This document shows positions 1 through 14,482 of a stretch of DNA of 64,000 bases, piece by piece. The notes beneath the pieces are model-generated. The model made no database searches and had not been told where the DNA came from. It saw nothing but the letters and a program-made list of their open reading frames with translations. This DNA comes from Hormiphora californensis (Eukaryota > Animalia > Ctenophora): positions 1,674,001-1,738,000 of the forward strand of contig CM035355.1 in NCBI GenBank assembly GCA_020137815.1, written 5' to 3'. A program made the position numbers and the translations under genes. The number at the start of each line of letters is the position of its first letter. The first letter of the stretch is position 1.

Positions 1-313
1 CTCACCTCCTGTTCCACCCCCTGAGTAAGTGATCTCCAATGTTAATATCCTCATTTTTCAGGTGTGGTTGATTGAACATTTAACTCTTGTCTAACTCAGA
101 GGAAGTAGATAGTCGACATTTACATCATTTTATCCAAAAAGTGTCAAATCTTATCATCGACCTACTGTCTTTCGTCTTTTTATGTTCTAACATCTGGCAT
201 GTGCTAAACGAGAAGAGTTCGGTTCCTTTTTTATCTTTTGTCATGTGAAAAGTTAGAAAATTGGGTGAGAAAAACTAAAAACCATAATTTATTGCCGATA
301 ACTGTCAAACATA

Positions 314-494
<181 letters not shown>

Positions 495-1679
495 TGACAG
501 TGATGTATTGGTGATGTACTGCAGTTTTACGTTTTCCCTTCAGTCTTGTATCTATTACCCTTTCTGCCACTCTTTACCAAATGGAAATGAAAATTAATAA
601 AAGAAAAACGGTATGAATAAAAATAGCAACACTTCACCCAGAATGCAATTTATAGCCATTATTCCAAGTATATTTGTATCATTATGTCTCTCCCTGCCAC
701 ATATAATATCGGTACTAAATGTTTCTGGCAAGGCCCTGATACCCGAATTACCTAAAGTTGTTCTCTCATGTGCATTACCTCTCCTGTGCATGCGGTAAAT
801 TGAGTTATTAATAAACTCTGCAGCGTCAAAAACCTGTCTCACATATATTATTTGACCTCATATCTCTCTCTTTGTCTCTTTGAAGGACCTAGTGAAATAC
901 ACCCCCATTTATTAGAACGCCTCTAACACCCTGTGTTAATTCGTGTGGTTTTTGTATCCTCCTTTTGACAGCGCGATACTCTCCTTTCCTTTTCTTAGAA
1001 CAGAGTGTTTCCGTTGCCACCTTGTTTTCTGAAGTCTCCCTTTATCACGTGCGTGTTTAGAATGTGAATTCGTTGTAGTTGTGGTGTGATGTGTTTGATT
1101 GAGGTTTGGACGCATGTACACGTCGTCAGATAGTAAGTGAAGTTCCTCTATGTAGACAGTGTTCCTTTAACGTTCCGTTTAAGTGTTAAGTTTTCATTTT
1201 CCTGAATCCTCTCTCTCTTCTTTTTCTTCCTTCCTCTTTTCTACAGTTTCATCTGCACATCATGAGTCTACATCCCACTGTATTCTCTGCATATTCTACT
1301 TTCTCTACCAGCTATCTTTATCCCAGAAATATGTGTGTAAAAGAGAGAGGAAGAGAGAGGAAGAGAGAGAGAATAACTGAGAGAGGAGATGAAATATTTG
1401 CCGCTGACCTTGGAACAGTACATTCGCTGAAAATTTAGTCTTTGTTCTGTCTCTCTTGCTCACTCCAGTGCGTACGCGTCTACAGGCATAATTACTCAGA
1501 TGAACTATATACACGAAGCGTATTAAAGCTGCAAGAGAGCCGCAGAGAGAGAGAGCGAGAGATCATGATACTAGCTACGAGAGGAGATAGCGGGCGATGC
1601 AGAGTATATGACTAGTCTGATGCTGATGAGAGAGAGATCTCATTCTTATCTATCTAGCTGCTCTCTCTCTCTCTCTCTC

Positions 1680-1753
<74 letters not shown>

Positions 1754-2082
1754 TCTCTTCTGATTATCTAGGCAGTCATCAGTTAGTTATCAGCCAATAT
1801 AATATGCCTAAGTGGTTTGTATGTGACCACCGATACATCACAGAATATATCGGACATGTCTTCAGACCACAATATAATCGCTTAAACTGATATCAATTAT
1901 CATACACTAATTAGATACACTAATTACACTACGGTATAACAAATAGTCCAATGATTCATTCCAAACAACTCTTTCAAAAAACACCCGAGTCATCCATTTT
2001 CTCGATTAAAAAACACCCTTTCCACATTTCATTCCTTTCGGTTCCAAACAACACCCCATTTATTCCTTTTTCTCCCGTTCAG

Positions 2083-3358
2083 TTTCCCGAGGTTGCAGCC
2101 AGTTCAGAATGACAACGACTACGTGTCACCCTTCAAGGGGAAACCCTGGTACTTTGGGGTTATGAGCAGGAGGAGTTGCGATAACTTGCTCCTGGCGATT
2201 GGAAAGGAGGGAGACTATCTCGTGAGAGATAGTGAGAGCAAGGTAAGATCATTAGAGATATGTTATGCATCATTTACCCACTGAATAATATATTTATAGC
2301 CAAGATAATAATATCACTAGATAATAATAGTATCACTCTCTAGCTCTAGTCTCTCTTTCATTCTACCTAGTTATTATGGTTAATTTACTTGGCCTTGGCA
2401 TTTAAAACACATTAGCAGTGTGTGTGTTAGGTAGTGAGAATGGATTCCAAGTTTCACAACTTCTCTTTTTAAACTCCTAATAGCCTCTAATTAGTACACA
2501 TACATACACTCTAGTGAGTTCAGTCACAGCTGTGTAGCTTTACAATGAACAAATATTTCTACTTTTTAAAAACAAATTAACGTACAATTGATCGGTATTT
2601 AAATCATCACTGAACACTGAACAGTGAGCAGTGAATTTAGACCATTGCTGTTTAATTATTCGATATTGCCCTATATTGGATTCAAATTGGATGTACATTG
2701 GATCTAAGGCAGGCAATTCGAATATATAATATTGAAAATGAGAAATCTCTAATTTCCACTCTCTTCGTTTCTCCACTTCTCCCTTTTCCTATCCTTTTCC
2801 TTTCCTCTCTAACCCAGTAGACACACATCACGTATGCAACACAAGACACAAACTAAGTTACACCCATGCACACACGTTACTATTCAAACAATGTGCCTTG
2901 TGTCTTTTTCCATAAACTATTCCCCTAACTTGTACACACCCTCTTTTCTATTTTATAAAACCAATGGCTCTAATCTTACTCTCACACATTACTTTTGCAA
3001 GGGCTTTTGTTTCCGCATTCCCAGTTTCCCAACCCGAATTACACCTACAAACCTAACCCAAGAATGTTATATTTGAAACAGTCGGTATTGATATCTAAAC
3101 TATCTCTCTCTCCAGGTCGGTGACTACTCAATCTCTCTGAAGGCTGGTTCTAAACCCAAGCACTTCAAAGTACAGCTAATTGACAGCCAGTACGCTATAG
3201 GAAACCGACGCTTTTCAACAATCGAAGAGATACTACGACATTACACCCACAAATCGCCCATATTCACCTCTCCCGGAGGGGACGAACGATTGTTCCTTGT
3301 AAAACCTCTTGAGCAGAAACCGAAGAAAAATGAGTATCTCTGTGCGTGGGAGAAGTGA
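2083..3358 (+). CDS. NCK: Nck-family SH2/SH3 adaptor, last two exons (2083-2242, 3116-3358) encoding the C-terminal SH2 domain; 5' exons not identified
   Basis: Spliced translation PWYFGVMSRRSCDNLLLAIGKEGDYLVRDSESK|VGDYSISLKAGSKPKHFKVQLIDSQYAIGNRRFSTIEEILRHYTHKSPIFTSPGGDERLFLVKPL. It matches the Nck SH2 pattern (GDFLIRDSES, SLKA..K.KHFKVQL, IG.RKF, PIFTS). Canonical AG/GT boundaries, TGA at 3356-3358. Confidence 0.88.
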
Positions 3359-4172
3359 GAGATATAGACACTGTTCAGTAGCAGTGCTGGTGTGTGAGAG
3401 GGAGCTTTCTCTCCCCCATTTATTGAGAAGATGGGAGATGAAGAGACTGCGAGCGTGTTTCTTTTTTCTGCTGAGTTTTTATGTATATCATATACACGCG
3501 ATTATAATAGTATTTTCCTTCACTGAGCGGCCCCTGTGAGAGTTGCCTATATTTCAAGTTTTGTGTGTGTATCTAGGGGCGATTCCTAGTTTTCTCAGTT
3601 TTTATTGTCTCTCTCACTGTGATGTGTATGTGTAATAGTGCGTGTGTATGATTGTGTTTTGGACAATAGCGTGCTAAATAGGAGCACTTTGACAATAATC
3701 AGGCGGAGAAAAGAAGAGATGTGTATCAGTGAATATATACCAGGGTGTTTTGTGTGTGTAATTGACCAAACACACACCCCTCTCTCTCTGGTGTTATATT
3801 GAAGGAGAAGAAGACGTGGCGGGCATAAGATTGTGTTTGTTATATGGATAGTTTTGTAGCTAACTAATGTTTTCTATTCTTAAATATCTGAGTTATATCT
3901 AACAGCAGCACCATATGGTGTTTGTATACCAGCTAGTAGTAACAGTAACAGCTGACAGCACAGCGTTCAGGTATCACATCTCACGATGTGGGTGCCGTGT
4001 GTAAAAGGGTCTACCGAGGTGAGTCAGATTGTAGAGACCTCCGCGCGGGCCAGTCACAACACGCCGCGCAGTGAGGGCAGGGGAAATGTAAACAGACACT
4101 CGAGCCAGACAAGAATATACACTTCGAGACACACTTGGCTTCTTGGCAGCTATTCCAGGGGGAAGAAGGAGA

Positions 4173-4283
<111 letters not shown>

Positions 4284-4634
4284 GACGTTGCAGAGGAGTT
4301 CTCCGAGTTCAAGAAAAGTAGTAGCTACAAAAAAAACAAAACACGATATATTTGGGTTTTGGTAAATCAAAGCAAAACACAAGGGTGCAACGTAATAACT
4401 TATACAAATGAGGGTGGAGGAACCCTTAAAACTAGGGTGTGCCATATAACTGGGGTCACTTGTTGCTCCTAACACAACACTTTAGCACCTAACCGCACGC
4501 TTTGTTTTGTGACACTAATCGCACTATATTTTGCATCTAACTCTCACTGTCCTTCTGCACACAGGGAAATATATTCACACAATTATTTAGTGGTTCACAC
4601 TGTTTAACAGCAATAACAACAGTCCAACATCTCT

Positions 4635-7600
4635 CTAAGAGACGGGCGATTTGGCGAGGTATCCATTGCTATCTAGAGACATCTTCCCTACATTCAGTGT
4701 GGCTTGGTCGACCTTGGTTAGGGCGGGGTTCTGGAGGTCTGCTACTAGTTGTGTGATCCTCTGGTGACTCTCACCACACCACGCGTTGGCAAGGGCCAGT
4801 TCTGATAGGTCACCCTGGGGGGATGAAGTGGGTTAGAAGATGTCAAGATACCTCTGTCAGGCATCGCGCTGACCCTTTCTCGCAGAGTGATGAGATACGG
4901 CAGGCATCGCGCTGACAGAAAATATCAATCTATAAAGTTGATGGATTACTAACACTGTCCCCAAACTGTTATTTACCTTCTCTGCGGCGAGGTTTGCTCG
5001 TGAGATGACAGCAGCCATGCTCTGTAGCAAGATAGCACTATCTGCCACCCTGTTTAGCACCACCTGCTGCTCAATAATTCCCTTCTTATACTTCATGACT
5101 TGTTCTGCTGTGGCAACGTGGAACTTTGTGATATCCTCTTGTAGCTGAGGAGGAGGGTGTCAGTTTTAGTATGGGGATATTAGTGGAGGGGAGGGTGTCA
5201 ATTTGCCAGAATATATTCAATATTAGGAATAAACTCAAGTGTAGGGTTTATAATCAGAGCTTGCCCTGCTTGACCCCCTCCCTCGCCGTGTTAGAACATA
5301 ACAAATTTAGAGCACGTGTGGGAGAGAGATAACATGTCAGTAACATGATGCGTTCAGTGACAGATGTCGGAATGTAGAGGCTACTTAAACGTACCATTTT
5401 GACAGATCCATTGAGGTCAGCGTGCACCTTGGTTTTCAGGGCTCTCATTCCTCCACCCAGGAACTTCTTTTGGAGTATTCCAATGGCAGTACTCATGTTA
5501 CCTGAGTTGGTTAGAGGGTTGATAACCAGGGATAAAGTAAAGGAGGGAAATATGATTGATCTACCGTACCCTCACAGAAAAAGTTTAGGAAAGAGAATCG
5601 ATGATAGTACCTTGTTTCTTGAATAGTTTTCCAACTTCTTGTACTCCATTGAGTGCCACAAACAGCTTGAGAATATCATTGGTACCCTCGAAGATCCTGA
5701 AAATCCTGAGATCCCTCATCCACCTCTCAATACCTGTGATAGGATTGTCAGGGTGATGGGAGGTAATGTTAGGGCATTAATTTGTCATACTACATGACTC
5801 ACATGGTTCGGATAGGGCAGCATTTTGTAAGACAAGCATCAATGGGCGCAATACGGACAGAATGATAATAGAGATAATAAGAGAGTCTCTACTTACCGAC
5901 ATCCTTCATGAATCCTGCACCCCCAAGAATCTGGATGGTCTCATCACATACATCCCAGGCAGCCTGTGAGGCGAAGATCTTGCTCATAGCAGCCTCTAGT
6001 TGGTACTCAGGGGCTCCTCTGTCCATGTTACCACACAGCATATACGCCATGGACTGGGAGGGAGGGTGGGAGTTAGTCGAGGAGAGTAAAAAACTACCTA
6101 CAGATTGGTTGGTGGGCTGCTGTTCCTATTCATAGCACTCTATCCCAAATATAACTCTCTCCATACTAACCTCATTAGCATAGCATAGCAGGTTCATCAT
6201 GGCGATTTTCTGTTGAATTCCCTGGTACTCCCTCAGATTGCTGACAAACTGTTTCCTGTTGTTGGCGTGGTCTACAGACTTCTCAATTAGCATTCTCATT
6301 GTACCTGTCAGACACGCCCCCATACCGAACCGTCCATTGTTTAGAATGTTCATTGCCACCTTGGAGAAAGGAAAGATTCGAGTGTTACTAAACTAAATCA
6401 TACCAAATTCATTGAGAATACTGTTGAAAGAATCACGGTGAAGTGAAATTTAGAGATTATGTACCTTGAAACCGCCGCCGATTTCTCCCAGCACATTCTC
6501 CACAGGTACCTCTACATTTTCATAGTACACCTCAGCCGTGTTGGAGCACTTGATACCCATTTTCTTCTCAGGTGGGCCGCTGAAATACAGAGTCACATGA
6601 TTAGAGAGAGAGGGAGGGAAGTGGAAGTGTCAGTGGCTTGGTCTCCCACTGCGCGCGCAACAGATTTGGGAATTCATCGCGCGATATCGTCTGGGTGGGA
6701 ATATCGGCGCGTTACAGCAACTGCTCTGATAACTGTGCGTGTTACGTCACTCCCATGTCAGGTGACTGAACGAGAGAGACAGTGACTGAACGAGAGAGAG
6801 ACAGTGTACGGTAAAATAGTACACGCACAGAATTATTGTATAATAGCTGTATGTCAATGTGTCAGCTGTTTGAAATAACACATACTGTTTGAGAGGGTTT
6901 GAAACATGTTACATCGACTCGATGTTGCTACCCGAACAAACTTTTGTAGCATGTTTTAGCGCACGGCATGTTCAGTGCATGATGCACTGTGGATCTTTGT
7001 TTGTGTTACCCAGGTACTGCAGTACATACAGGATGTCAGGAAACGACCGAACCGGGTTTTTTTCCACCGAACCGAACCGAACCGAATTTGAAAAACTTTT
7101 TTACCGAACCGAACCGAACCGAACCGAACCGAATTTCGGTAACCGAACCGAACCGAACCATACAAAACTTTTTCTGTATAAATGTTTCTCTAAAAAGTCA
7201 TGGAGAGCACCGATCAAGGTATTGAGAATCATTCTCTGAAATTTTGTTAAAAAATGTTTGAAAAAATTTCAAAGTCAATTTTGTGAAAAAATTTTCAAAG
7301 TCAATTTTATCGTAAACTTTCTATGTCAATTTTTGCGTACGAATCGTGTTTCGAATCGGCAATGCTATACGGGAATGATATTGCTAATTAGCAGGATTAA
7401 ACGAACCATGAATCGTGTCTCTCTCTAAATTTCCTAATTAGATTTGATGGGGGATCACGTATCAGCACAATCCATCTCGGACCCACTAATTACCAACATC
7501 ACTCCCGTTTAGCAATACCGATTCGAAACACGATTCGTATACCATAATTTACTTTCATTCATAAATATTTTTCACAAAAAAATTTCACAAAATTTCAGGT

Positions 7601-10498
7601 AATGATTCTCAATACCTTGATCGATGCTCTCCATGAATTTTTAGAGAAACATTTAATTTTGTGAAAAAACTTTGTAAAATATTTCAAAGTCAATTTCGGA
7701 AAAAAAATTCTATGTCAATTTTGCCGTACGAATCGTGTTGCGAATCGGTGATGCTATGCGGCAGTGCTCTCGCTAATTAGCAGGATTTATTGAAACATGA
7801 ATCGTTTCCCCTAAACTTCCTAATTAGATTTGATGGGGGATCACGTATCAGCATAATCCATCTCGGACCCACTAATTAGCAACATCACTCCCGCTTAGCA
7901 ATACCGATTCGAAACACGATTCGTACGCAAAAATTGACATAGAAAATTTTCCATAAAATTGACTTGGAATTATTTTACAAACTTTTTTACAAAATTTCAG
8001 AGAATGATTCTTAACACCTTGATCGGTGCTCTCCATGAATTTTTTGAAAAAAAAGTTTCTAAATTTGTTGACCCTCTCATGAGGACACGATTCGACGGGA
8101 AGTCAGGTATCAAATCAATCCATATCGAACCCGCTAACTAGCGAAATCATTTCCACATAGCACCACCGATTCGAAATAGGGTTAATACGGCGAAATTGAC
8201 ATTGAAATCCATACAATTTTCGTGAAATAATTGAAAAATTTTGCATGAAAAAGCTCGATTTCAGGGCATTGTTTGACCAAAAAATTCGGTGGTTCGGCCA
8301 AAATTTCCTACCGAACCGAACCGAACCGAACCGCCCAAAAAACACCGAATTTCCGAACCGAACCGAACCGAACCGAATATTCGGTCGCTTCCTGCAGGAT
8401 GTAATACCGCAATACTGCGTATATGAATAATGAACTAACGTTACTTACTGTGTGACTCCCCCGAAGGATCGCTCCACAATAAAGGCAGTGATCTTGTCCT
8501 TCGTCTCTCCAGTCTTAGCGTCAACCACAGGGGTTTGGGCAAATACCGTGAAAATCTACCAGGGTGAAGAGAGGTTAATAAAATATCTCTCTCGTTTCAA
8601 GTAAAAACAAAAGAATGGTGTTGTTATGTTCTAACCCTTCTTTACAATATCTGCCGCGGGGTGCGGTGAGAGAGGGCAGAGCAAGGCAAGATTGGGTAAC
8701 ATGACAGGTGTGACTTGTCTTAGATGTTGTCTCACCTCAGCGATTCCTCCATTACTAATCCAGATCTTGGCACCGTTCAGAACGTAATGTGTACCAGCTT
8801 CATTCAACACAGCCCTCGTTTTAATTGACTGAAGGAGATTTAAATTAGTAAACTGGAAAAACAAGCACTTATTGTAACTATTGCTTAGCGTGGCTCAAGA
8901 ACATAAAAGAGGTAGCTTCCATGAAGACTGAGTCAAGTGTTTAGTGTCCCATATACAACAACCTGTATCCTAACTACTCACGCTAGCATCAGATCCACTG
9001 CTGGGCTCAGTAAGACAGAAACAAGCGAAGACCTCTCCAGAAGCTAAGCTAGGAAGATACTTCTCCTTTTGTTCGGGGGTACCGTACAGTAGGATCCCCT
9101 TGTAACCAATGGACTGATGTGCTCCAGTGTGAATACCTGGGATAATGGAGATATCAAGGGGTGGAAAGACAAACAAACACAATGTTCTTCCGCCCCTGAA
9201 TTACTGACGTGAGATGGGGGATAGCTGGGAAGTTACACTTCCACTTCCCTTGAATTCCCCCCTCCCAAAAGTGAGATAACAGGAATTATATATGTATTAT
9301 TGTGCAGTATGCAGTCTCATGTTTCTACATGTCTTAGAATTCTTCCAGAACCGAACATGCGTGTAAAGCCGTGTAACAAGCATGAACATTCACACACACG
9401 AGAAACCAATAGGCAATACGTTCAGAGCTCTCTATTTTAAAATGCAGTACATTGTATTCCTTCACGTACCATAACTGCTATATCTACCCTTCAAATTAAA
9501 TATGTTGTATCTATCCTACGTACCTAATCCCAGATCATACACGCCGGTGAGTTCTCCAAACTTGGCGTACATGGTGTTAGTGAGTTCCATACCACCATAC
9601 TCTTCAGGTACCTGGGGGAGGGGGAGGGTTATAAAGACGTGATCACATCAGGGAGGGGGCGGGGAGTTAGAAAGACAGGTAGGGGCGGGAGTTGTTTAGA
9701 ATAGGAAATGCAAAAGTTCAGACTCTATGGTAGTCAGAGAAATGATTAGATTAGCAAAAACTAGTATAATCAAGATTTTTGGTTCTCACCATTAGTCCGT
9801 ACATTCCCAGGTCCTTCATCTCATCAAGCTGCTCCTCAGGAATCTTCTCATTGGTGTCATTAGCAGCAGCATCATTGGTATTCTGGGGAGAGAGAGAAGG
9901 GAGTGGTAGCATAGCTGATGACGCCTGACATAGTTCAGCCGAAAGCATCTGATTTTTAATTAAATTTTAGTACTGCTAAATCGATGGTTTTCTTTAATTG
10001 TGTTGACATAATGACGCATAACATAATGATAACATGATTGCATTGAAGGCAGTGTCAGATTAGAACACCCTGTACCTGGAAGAATGCATGTCCAGCGTCC
10101 ATCATCATAGAGATGGTTTCCTTCTGGTCGGCGGTCAGGACCTCAGGGTAAGGGAATATCTCCTGCTCTCTCAACTCTCCCAGGAAGATACCTCGGGCAA
10201 AGGAGGTGGTGGACATTGCCCGGACCGCAGGCTGCCACAACCTAGGGGAGTAAAGGGTGCATGAGACAGGTGGATCAGAGTAGTGATACATAATGAGACT
10301 TGGGTAAGAACTGGGCGTCGGGTGTGATGGAGTTTTTGAAAAACGGCCAAGTGACAAGTCTATTTATTGAATTCCTCATGAATCGAACTATAGTTTCGGT
10401 TGTTGTATAATCCTGTTAGTCAGAGGGATGTGATGTTTCTAATGTTACCTGTTTGATTTGGCAGAGTTGTAAAGAAGTGAAATTCCTCGCATGGACAT
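4635..10498 (-). CDS. ACADVL: Very-long-chain acyl-CoA dehydrogenase family (ACADVL/ACAD9-like), multi-exon, mitochondrial
   Basis: Exon peptides [97 protein letters not shown]-terminal exon ends ...GYLAKSPVS* (stop 4635-4637). Start context GCCGCCATG at 10498. Residues are mixed between ACADVL and ACAD9, so the symbol is approximate. Confidence 0.9.
7037..8394. mobile_element. Non-autonomous hAT-type DNA transposon in an ACAD intron
   Basis: 15-bp TIRs CAGGAAACGACCGAA / TTCGGTCGCTTCCTG (1 mismatch). Exact 8-bp TSD CAGGATGT at 7029-7036 and 8395-8402. Subterminal (AACCG)n arrays at both ends. No transposase ORF. Confidence 0.9.
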
Positions 10499-10907
10499 GG
10501 CGGCGGTGCTACAATCTAAATCAACAGTTCAAGTTAGACGTAAATGCAGAAGATCTTAGTGGATCGGTTTTAGGCCCTCCAATTCAAAAGCTCTGAGCAT
10601 GCAAATATGACATGTATACTGTAGTCTGTAGAGCAATTGTCCGTCTGTTCAGGGCCTGAACTTCAGGCCAAAGAGGGTAGGGGTACTGCTTACTGGGATC
10701 TGGGTAGTGGGTAGTCAAGAACACTATGGCGTGCACTGCAAATTGCAATGTACTCACACGACTATTGAAATATCAAATATGCCAGAGATAGCTCACAGAA
10801 AATGGAAGCCAAAGCAACAATAGGTGAACTGTATGGCTGAGACAGAGCCAGGCCTGGGGCCAAGTTTTGACAGTGTACTCAGATCGGGTCGCCGCCGCCA
10901 GACAGTA

Positions 10908-11059
10908 ATGTCCATTTTTTTCCAACTGTTCACCCCCCAAAGTCGTGCACGGAATTGTTTTGCCCGTTTATCACATGTTAACGTGTAGCGTGCACAGCGT
11001 AAATTAAAATATCGCATGCGCACGAGTTGAGGGGTGAACAGTTGAATAAAAATGGACTA
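10908..11059. mobile_element. 152-bp MITE with TA TSD (Tc1/mariner-type)
   Basis: TIR core GTCCATTTTT..CAACTGTTCACCCC, TA on both flanks. A second 152-bp copy lies inverted at 37864-38015. Confidence 0.85.
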
Positions 11060-11504
11060 TAGGTGAAATGATTGGCCTACATTCCTGTCATAACTCCCCG
11101 CCAACCCTTAAAATTCTTTACATTTTCGCGATGATTTAAATAATCAGAAAACAAAACAATAAATTACAATAAATTATGAAAATGAAAATGAAAATGAACT
11201 TCAATATTTATATTAGAGTCATATAAGTGACTCGTCCCGCTCTCACACTACAGACATATACAAATAAGTCATATATATCCTACAAGGCTGAGAGGCTTAG
11301 AGCTTCAGCAGTTACCTAAAGCGGGCTTGCGACTGAGATGGACAGTAGGCACGGAAACAATGATCTAATAACTATCTATCTGGATAGAAAACAATGGGTA
11401 GATTTAACAGTAAAAATAACTAACTAAGTTAATTAATTATTAAGTTAGAAATAGTTTAATAAGTTAACTAACTATAACTTGCTCCTCACATTCACACACA
11501 CATG

Positions 11505-11544
<40 letters not shown>

Positions 11545-12444
11545 ACACACACAAACACACATACACACATACACTCACGTCACACACACATACCCTCATA
11601 TATACTCATTCTCCCTCTCTCTGCTCACCTATCTCGAAAGTCAACATCTTCTCTGACTGGGATCTCTGACTGGGATCACACGTCTAAGGACTGAGCCTTG
11701 AGGTCTGAGGACTGAGAGCACTTTAAAAAAAGTGAAATCAAAAAGTGACAGCTCAGAAGCTTTTTAAAAATTTCAGTGTCACCTTTTATTTTTTTACGAC
11801 GCGCGTGACATGAAAACAATTTTAGCGCGAGACTTTTTTGTGCGCGGCGTTGTATTTGCGCGTGTCAAAAATAGTTCTGCTCATGTGACGTCATTGAAAA
11901 TCATATCATGCAAAAGTGCTTGGTTAGAGAAGCCCATAAATTCGTTTATGAAGAAATTGGATGTAAAACAAAGTGAGAGCCACCGTTTCCCGCCAAGGAG
12001 AATTGACAAGATACCTCGTGTGCGCGCACCATTTACGCTGACAACACCAACTCCCTATCAACTATGTTGCTGCGTGCTACTGTAAATCAAAAGGGGGTTA
12101 TTTACTAAAATATGGAGGGATCACCCTGTCATTTGAGTCGCTTGACACTTAACTGGTTCCGGCCCGTGTTCCAATAAATAAAGTATGGACAATTCAACCT
12201 GTCATGGTGAGCTTGCGTGATTGCTGTCAGAGCCTGACAGCGTGGTGCAGAGTTGGAACAAAGCAAACAGCTTTTGAAGCTGTTTACTTTGATGTAACGA
12301 AAAGTTTATGCTTGTTCCAACTCTTATCTATCTGAAGCAGGCTAGTTCACTGTTCACTCCCTCCATGTGTCTTCACCACTGACAGTGCTGTCAACCCTAC
12401 ACAGCTGATCCAGAGAATATATCTTCTATCACCATTATCACAAG

Positions 12445-12893
12445 GGGGGGAGACACACTGAGGTTGGTCGCGCGCGTTCAACTCTCAACCGCGTGAAACA
12501 CACTGAAGTTTCGCGGTTTGAAGTTTCGCGGAAAAGTTCGAAGTTTCGCGAAACCCCATTTTCGGCTGAGAAATCATTTGTAAGGTGCTAACTTATTTAC
12601 TGGTACATCTCTCGAGGTGTCCTTTGTCCATACCGAGTCAATTTCACCGTTTTTAAAATTTTTGGTGAATTGGGACAACTGTGACCGGATTAGCCAAAAA
12701 TTTCAAAAACGGTGAAATTGACTCGGTATGGATAAAGGACACCTCGAGAAATGTACCGGTAAGTAAGTTAGCATCTTACAAATGATTTCTCAGCCGAAAA
12801 TTGGTTTTCGCGAAACTTCGAACTTCGAACTTCAGTGTGTGTCGCGAGGTTGAGATTTGAACGAGCGCGCTCAACTTCAGTGTGTCTCCCCCC
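12445..12893. mobile_element. Foldback MITE (near-complete palindrome)
   Basis: Ends GGGGGGAGACACACTGA / TCAGTGTGTCTCCCCCC with arms pairing inward to ~12680. Flanking duplication is AAG (3 bp) or CAAGG (5 bp) depending on where the G run is cut. Confidence 0.85.
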
Positions 12894-13143
12894 AAGGCCT
12901 CCCTTCAAAAGCTGCCGTGTTTTCATTGTACCATACACAGTATAAAATACAAGCAGTTTCATTTTGAGAAAAATGATAAAATTTTTTACATGCAAATGCC
13001 AAGACTTCAATACATCAAAATTCAAATATCAATATTTCAGTCCCACATATTCAGTAGCCCAGAGATAATCTCAGTGAGATCTGATCCGTCTCCTGGAGCT
13101 CTGATATCTCCTTCGTCTCCTGGAACTCTGAGATCTCCTTCGT

Positions 13144-14397
13144 CTACTGGAGCTGGGGAACGTTGTCCGCAAAGTCTCCCATCATATTCCCGGCAGGATA
13201 GTACTGGCAGCAAGTGTAGATCCAGCCACTAGCATTCTCAGAGGCATCAGTGACTGAACATCCCAACTTCTGAGTGCTTTTCCATACCAACTGAGAAAGA
13301 GGTCTTGTTAGTTCTCTGGGGTGTTTGGATCTACAAAATTATGGCCAAAAGTTGTTAGGTATGGCCAAAAGTTGTTAGGTATATCTAGGCTCCCCTAGAT
13401 ATGGAACTACACACAGACACAACTAAAAGGAGGGTGGGGACACAACTAAAGTCTGGCGGCGTCGACCCGATCTGGGTGCAATGTCAGAATCAAAACAGGG
13501 TCTAATCACTGACCGGAGTCCGGTCACCGGACACAACAAAAAAAGGGGGGTACAGTGCAGTGTGTTTCCCACCTGTGTGAAGTGTCCAACACTAGAGCTG
13601 TATCCAGGGTAGTTCCAGTTGTAGTTATCTATCTCATTATACCAATCATCAACTGACTGATCTGGTACATCACTGGCGGGAGTTCCCCAGGACATTGCCA
13701 GATTCTCACCATACCTTGTGGGGGTGTTAATTAATTATGTGACTTAATATCATTATGTGTTAGGTTGATTGATGACTGATAAGAGCGGTTGCCATTGGCA
13801 TGAACCCCTCTCTGGTACCCTACCCACGAGGCGGCATGTTTGGTATGTCAATTGTTAGTATTTTGTGGCGTACTACAATCATGTCTAATTCCCACAATTA
13901 CCCGGAGGAGCTGTGATAGAAGGCGTTCTCACTGGCGAGTTTGGAGCAGAAAGCAGCAGCAGAAGCCTGGATGGTGCTATCGATAGTCAGGGCAGGTGAT
14001 CCGTGTAGAGCCCGGTATTCGTTAGTTCGTGCCAGAATCTCTTGCTCTGCGCTTCCCCTCTTGACAAGTGCTTCCTCCGCTGTGATACTCCTTTTATCAT
14101 TAGGCATTGCTCCTTTCCATTCCGCATAGACAGTTTCAGTGCCCCGCTTCCCATATGCCCATTTGTCCGCCATTTTCATGGGAGTACTCACGACACACCT
14201 AGGAGGGGAGTCGGGAGTTAAATTGATAGAATAAATATAGTAAAATTTCAGGTTGCATTTAGTAGATTAATACCATCTAATCAGTCGATGGTTCAGTTTT
14301 ATGATTTGGTATCATTATATCGTTGTTTACCAATAAGGTTCAGTTTAGTTGTAACTTACCCAACCAGAACTACAACGATGAGAGTTGCTCGCAACAT
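13144..14397 (-). CDS. Secreted CAP/SCP (PR-1, GAPR-1-like) domain protein with signal peptide and dibasic-site pro-region; exons 14397-14360, 14198-13902, 13714-13573, 13290-13144
   Basis: MLRATLIVVVLVGCVVS signal peptide. CAP motifs N.YRALHG, GENLA, WYNEI..Y, GHFTQLVWKST..LGC, CQYYPAGN. Intron phases are consistent. Confidence 0.92.
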
Positions 14398-14474
14398 TTC
14401 AAAGTGATTTGAGTTTAGAACACAGTCAAACAAAAACAGTTTTTTTTAATTAATTCTCCAGTTTAGATTTCGAG

Positions 14475-14482
14475 TTTTTATA
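14475..14482 (-). promoter_or_regulatory. TATA box of the CAP gene
   Basis: TATAAAAA on the minus strand about 80 nt upstream of the ATG at 14397. Confidence 0.5.

Noticed and set aside
7060-7160. (AACCG)n and other short repeats as a CRISPR array
   Set aside because: No unique spacers, eukaryotic context, and they are explained as transposon subterminal repeats.
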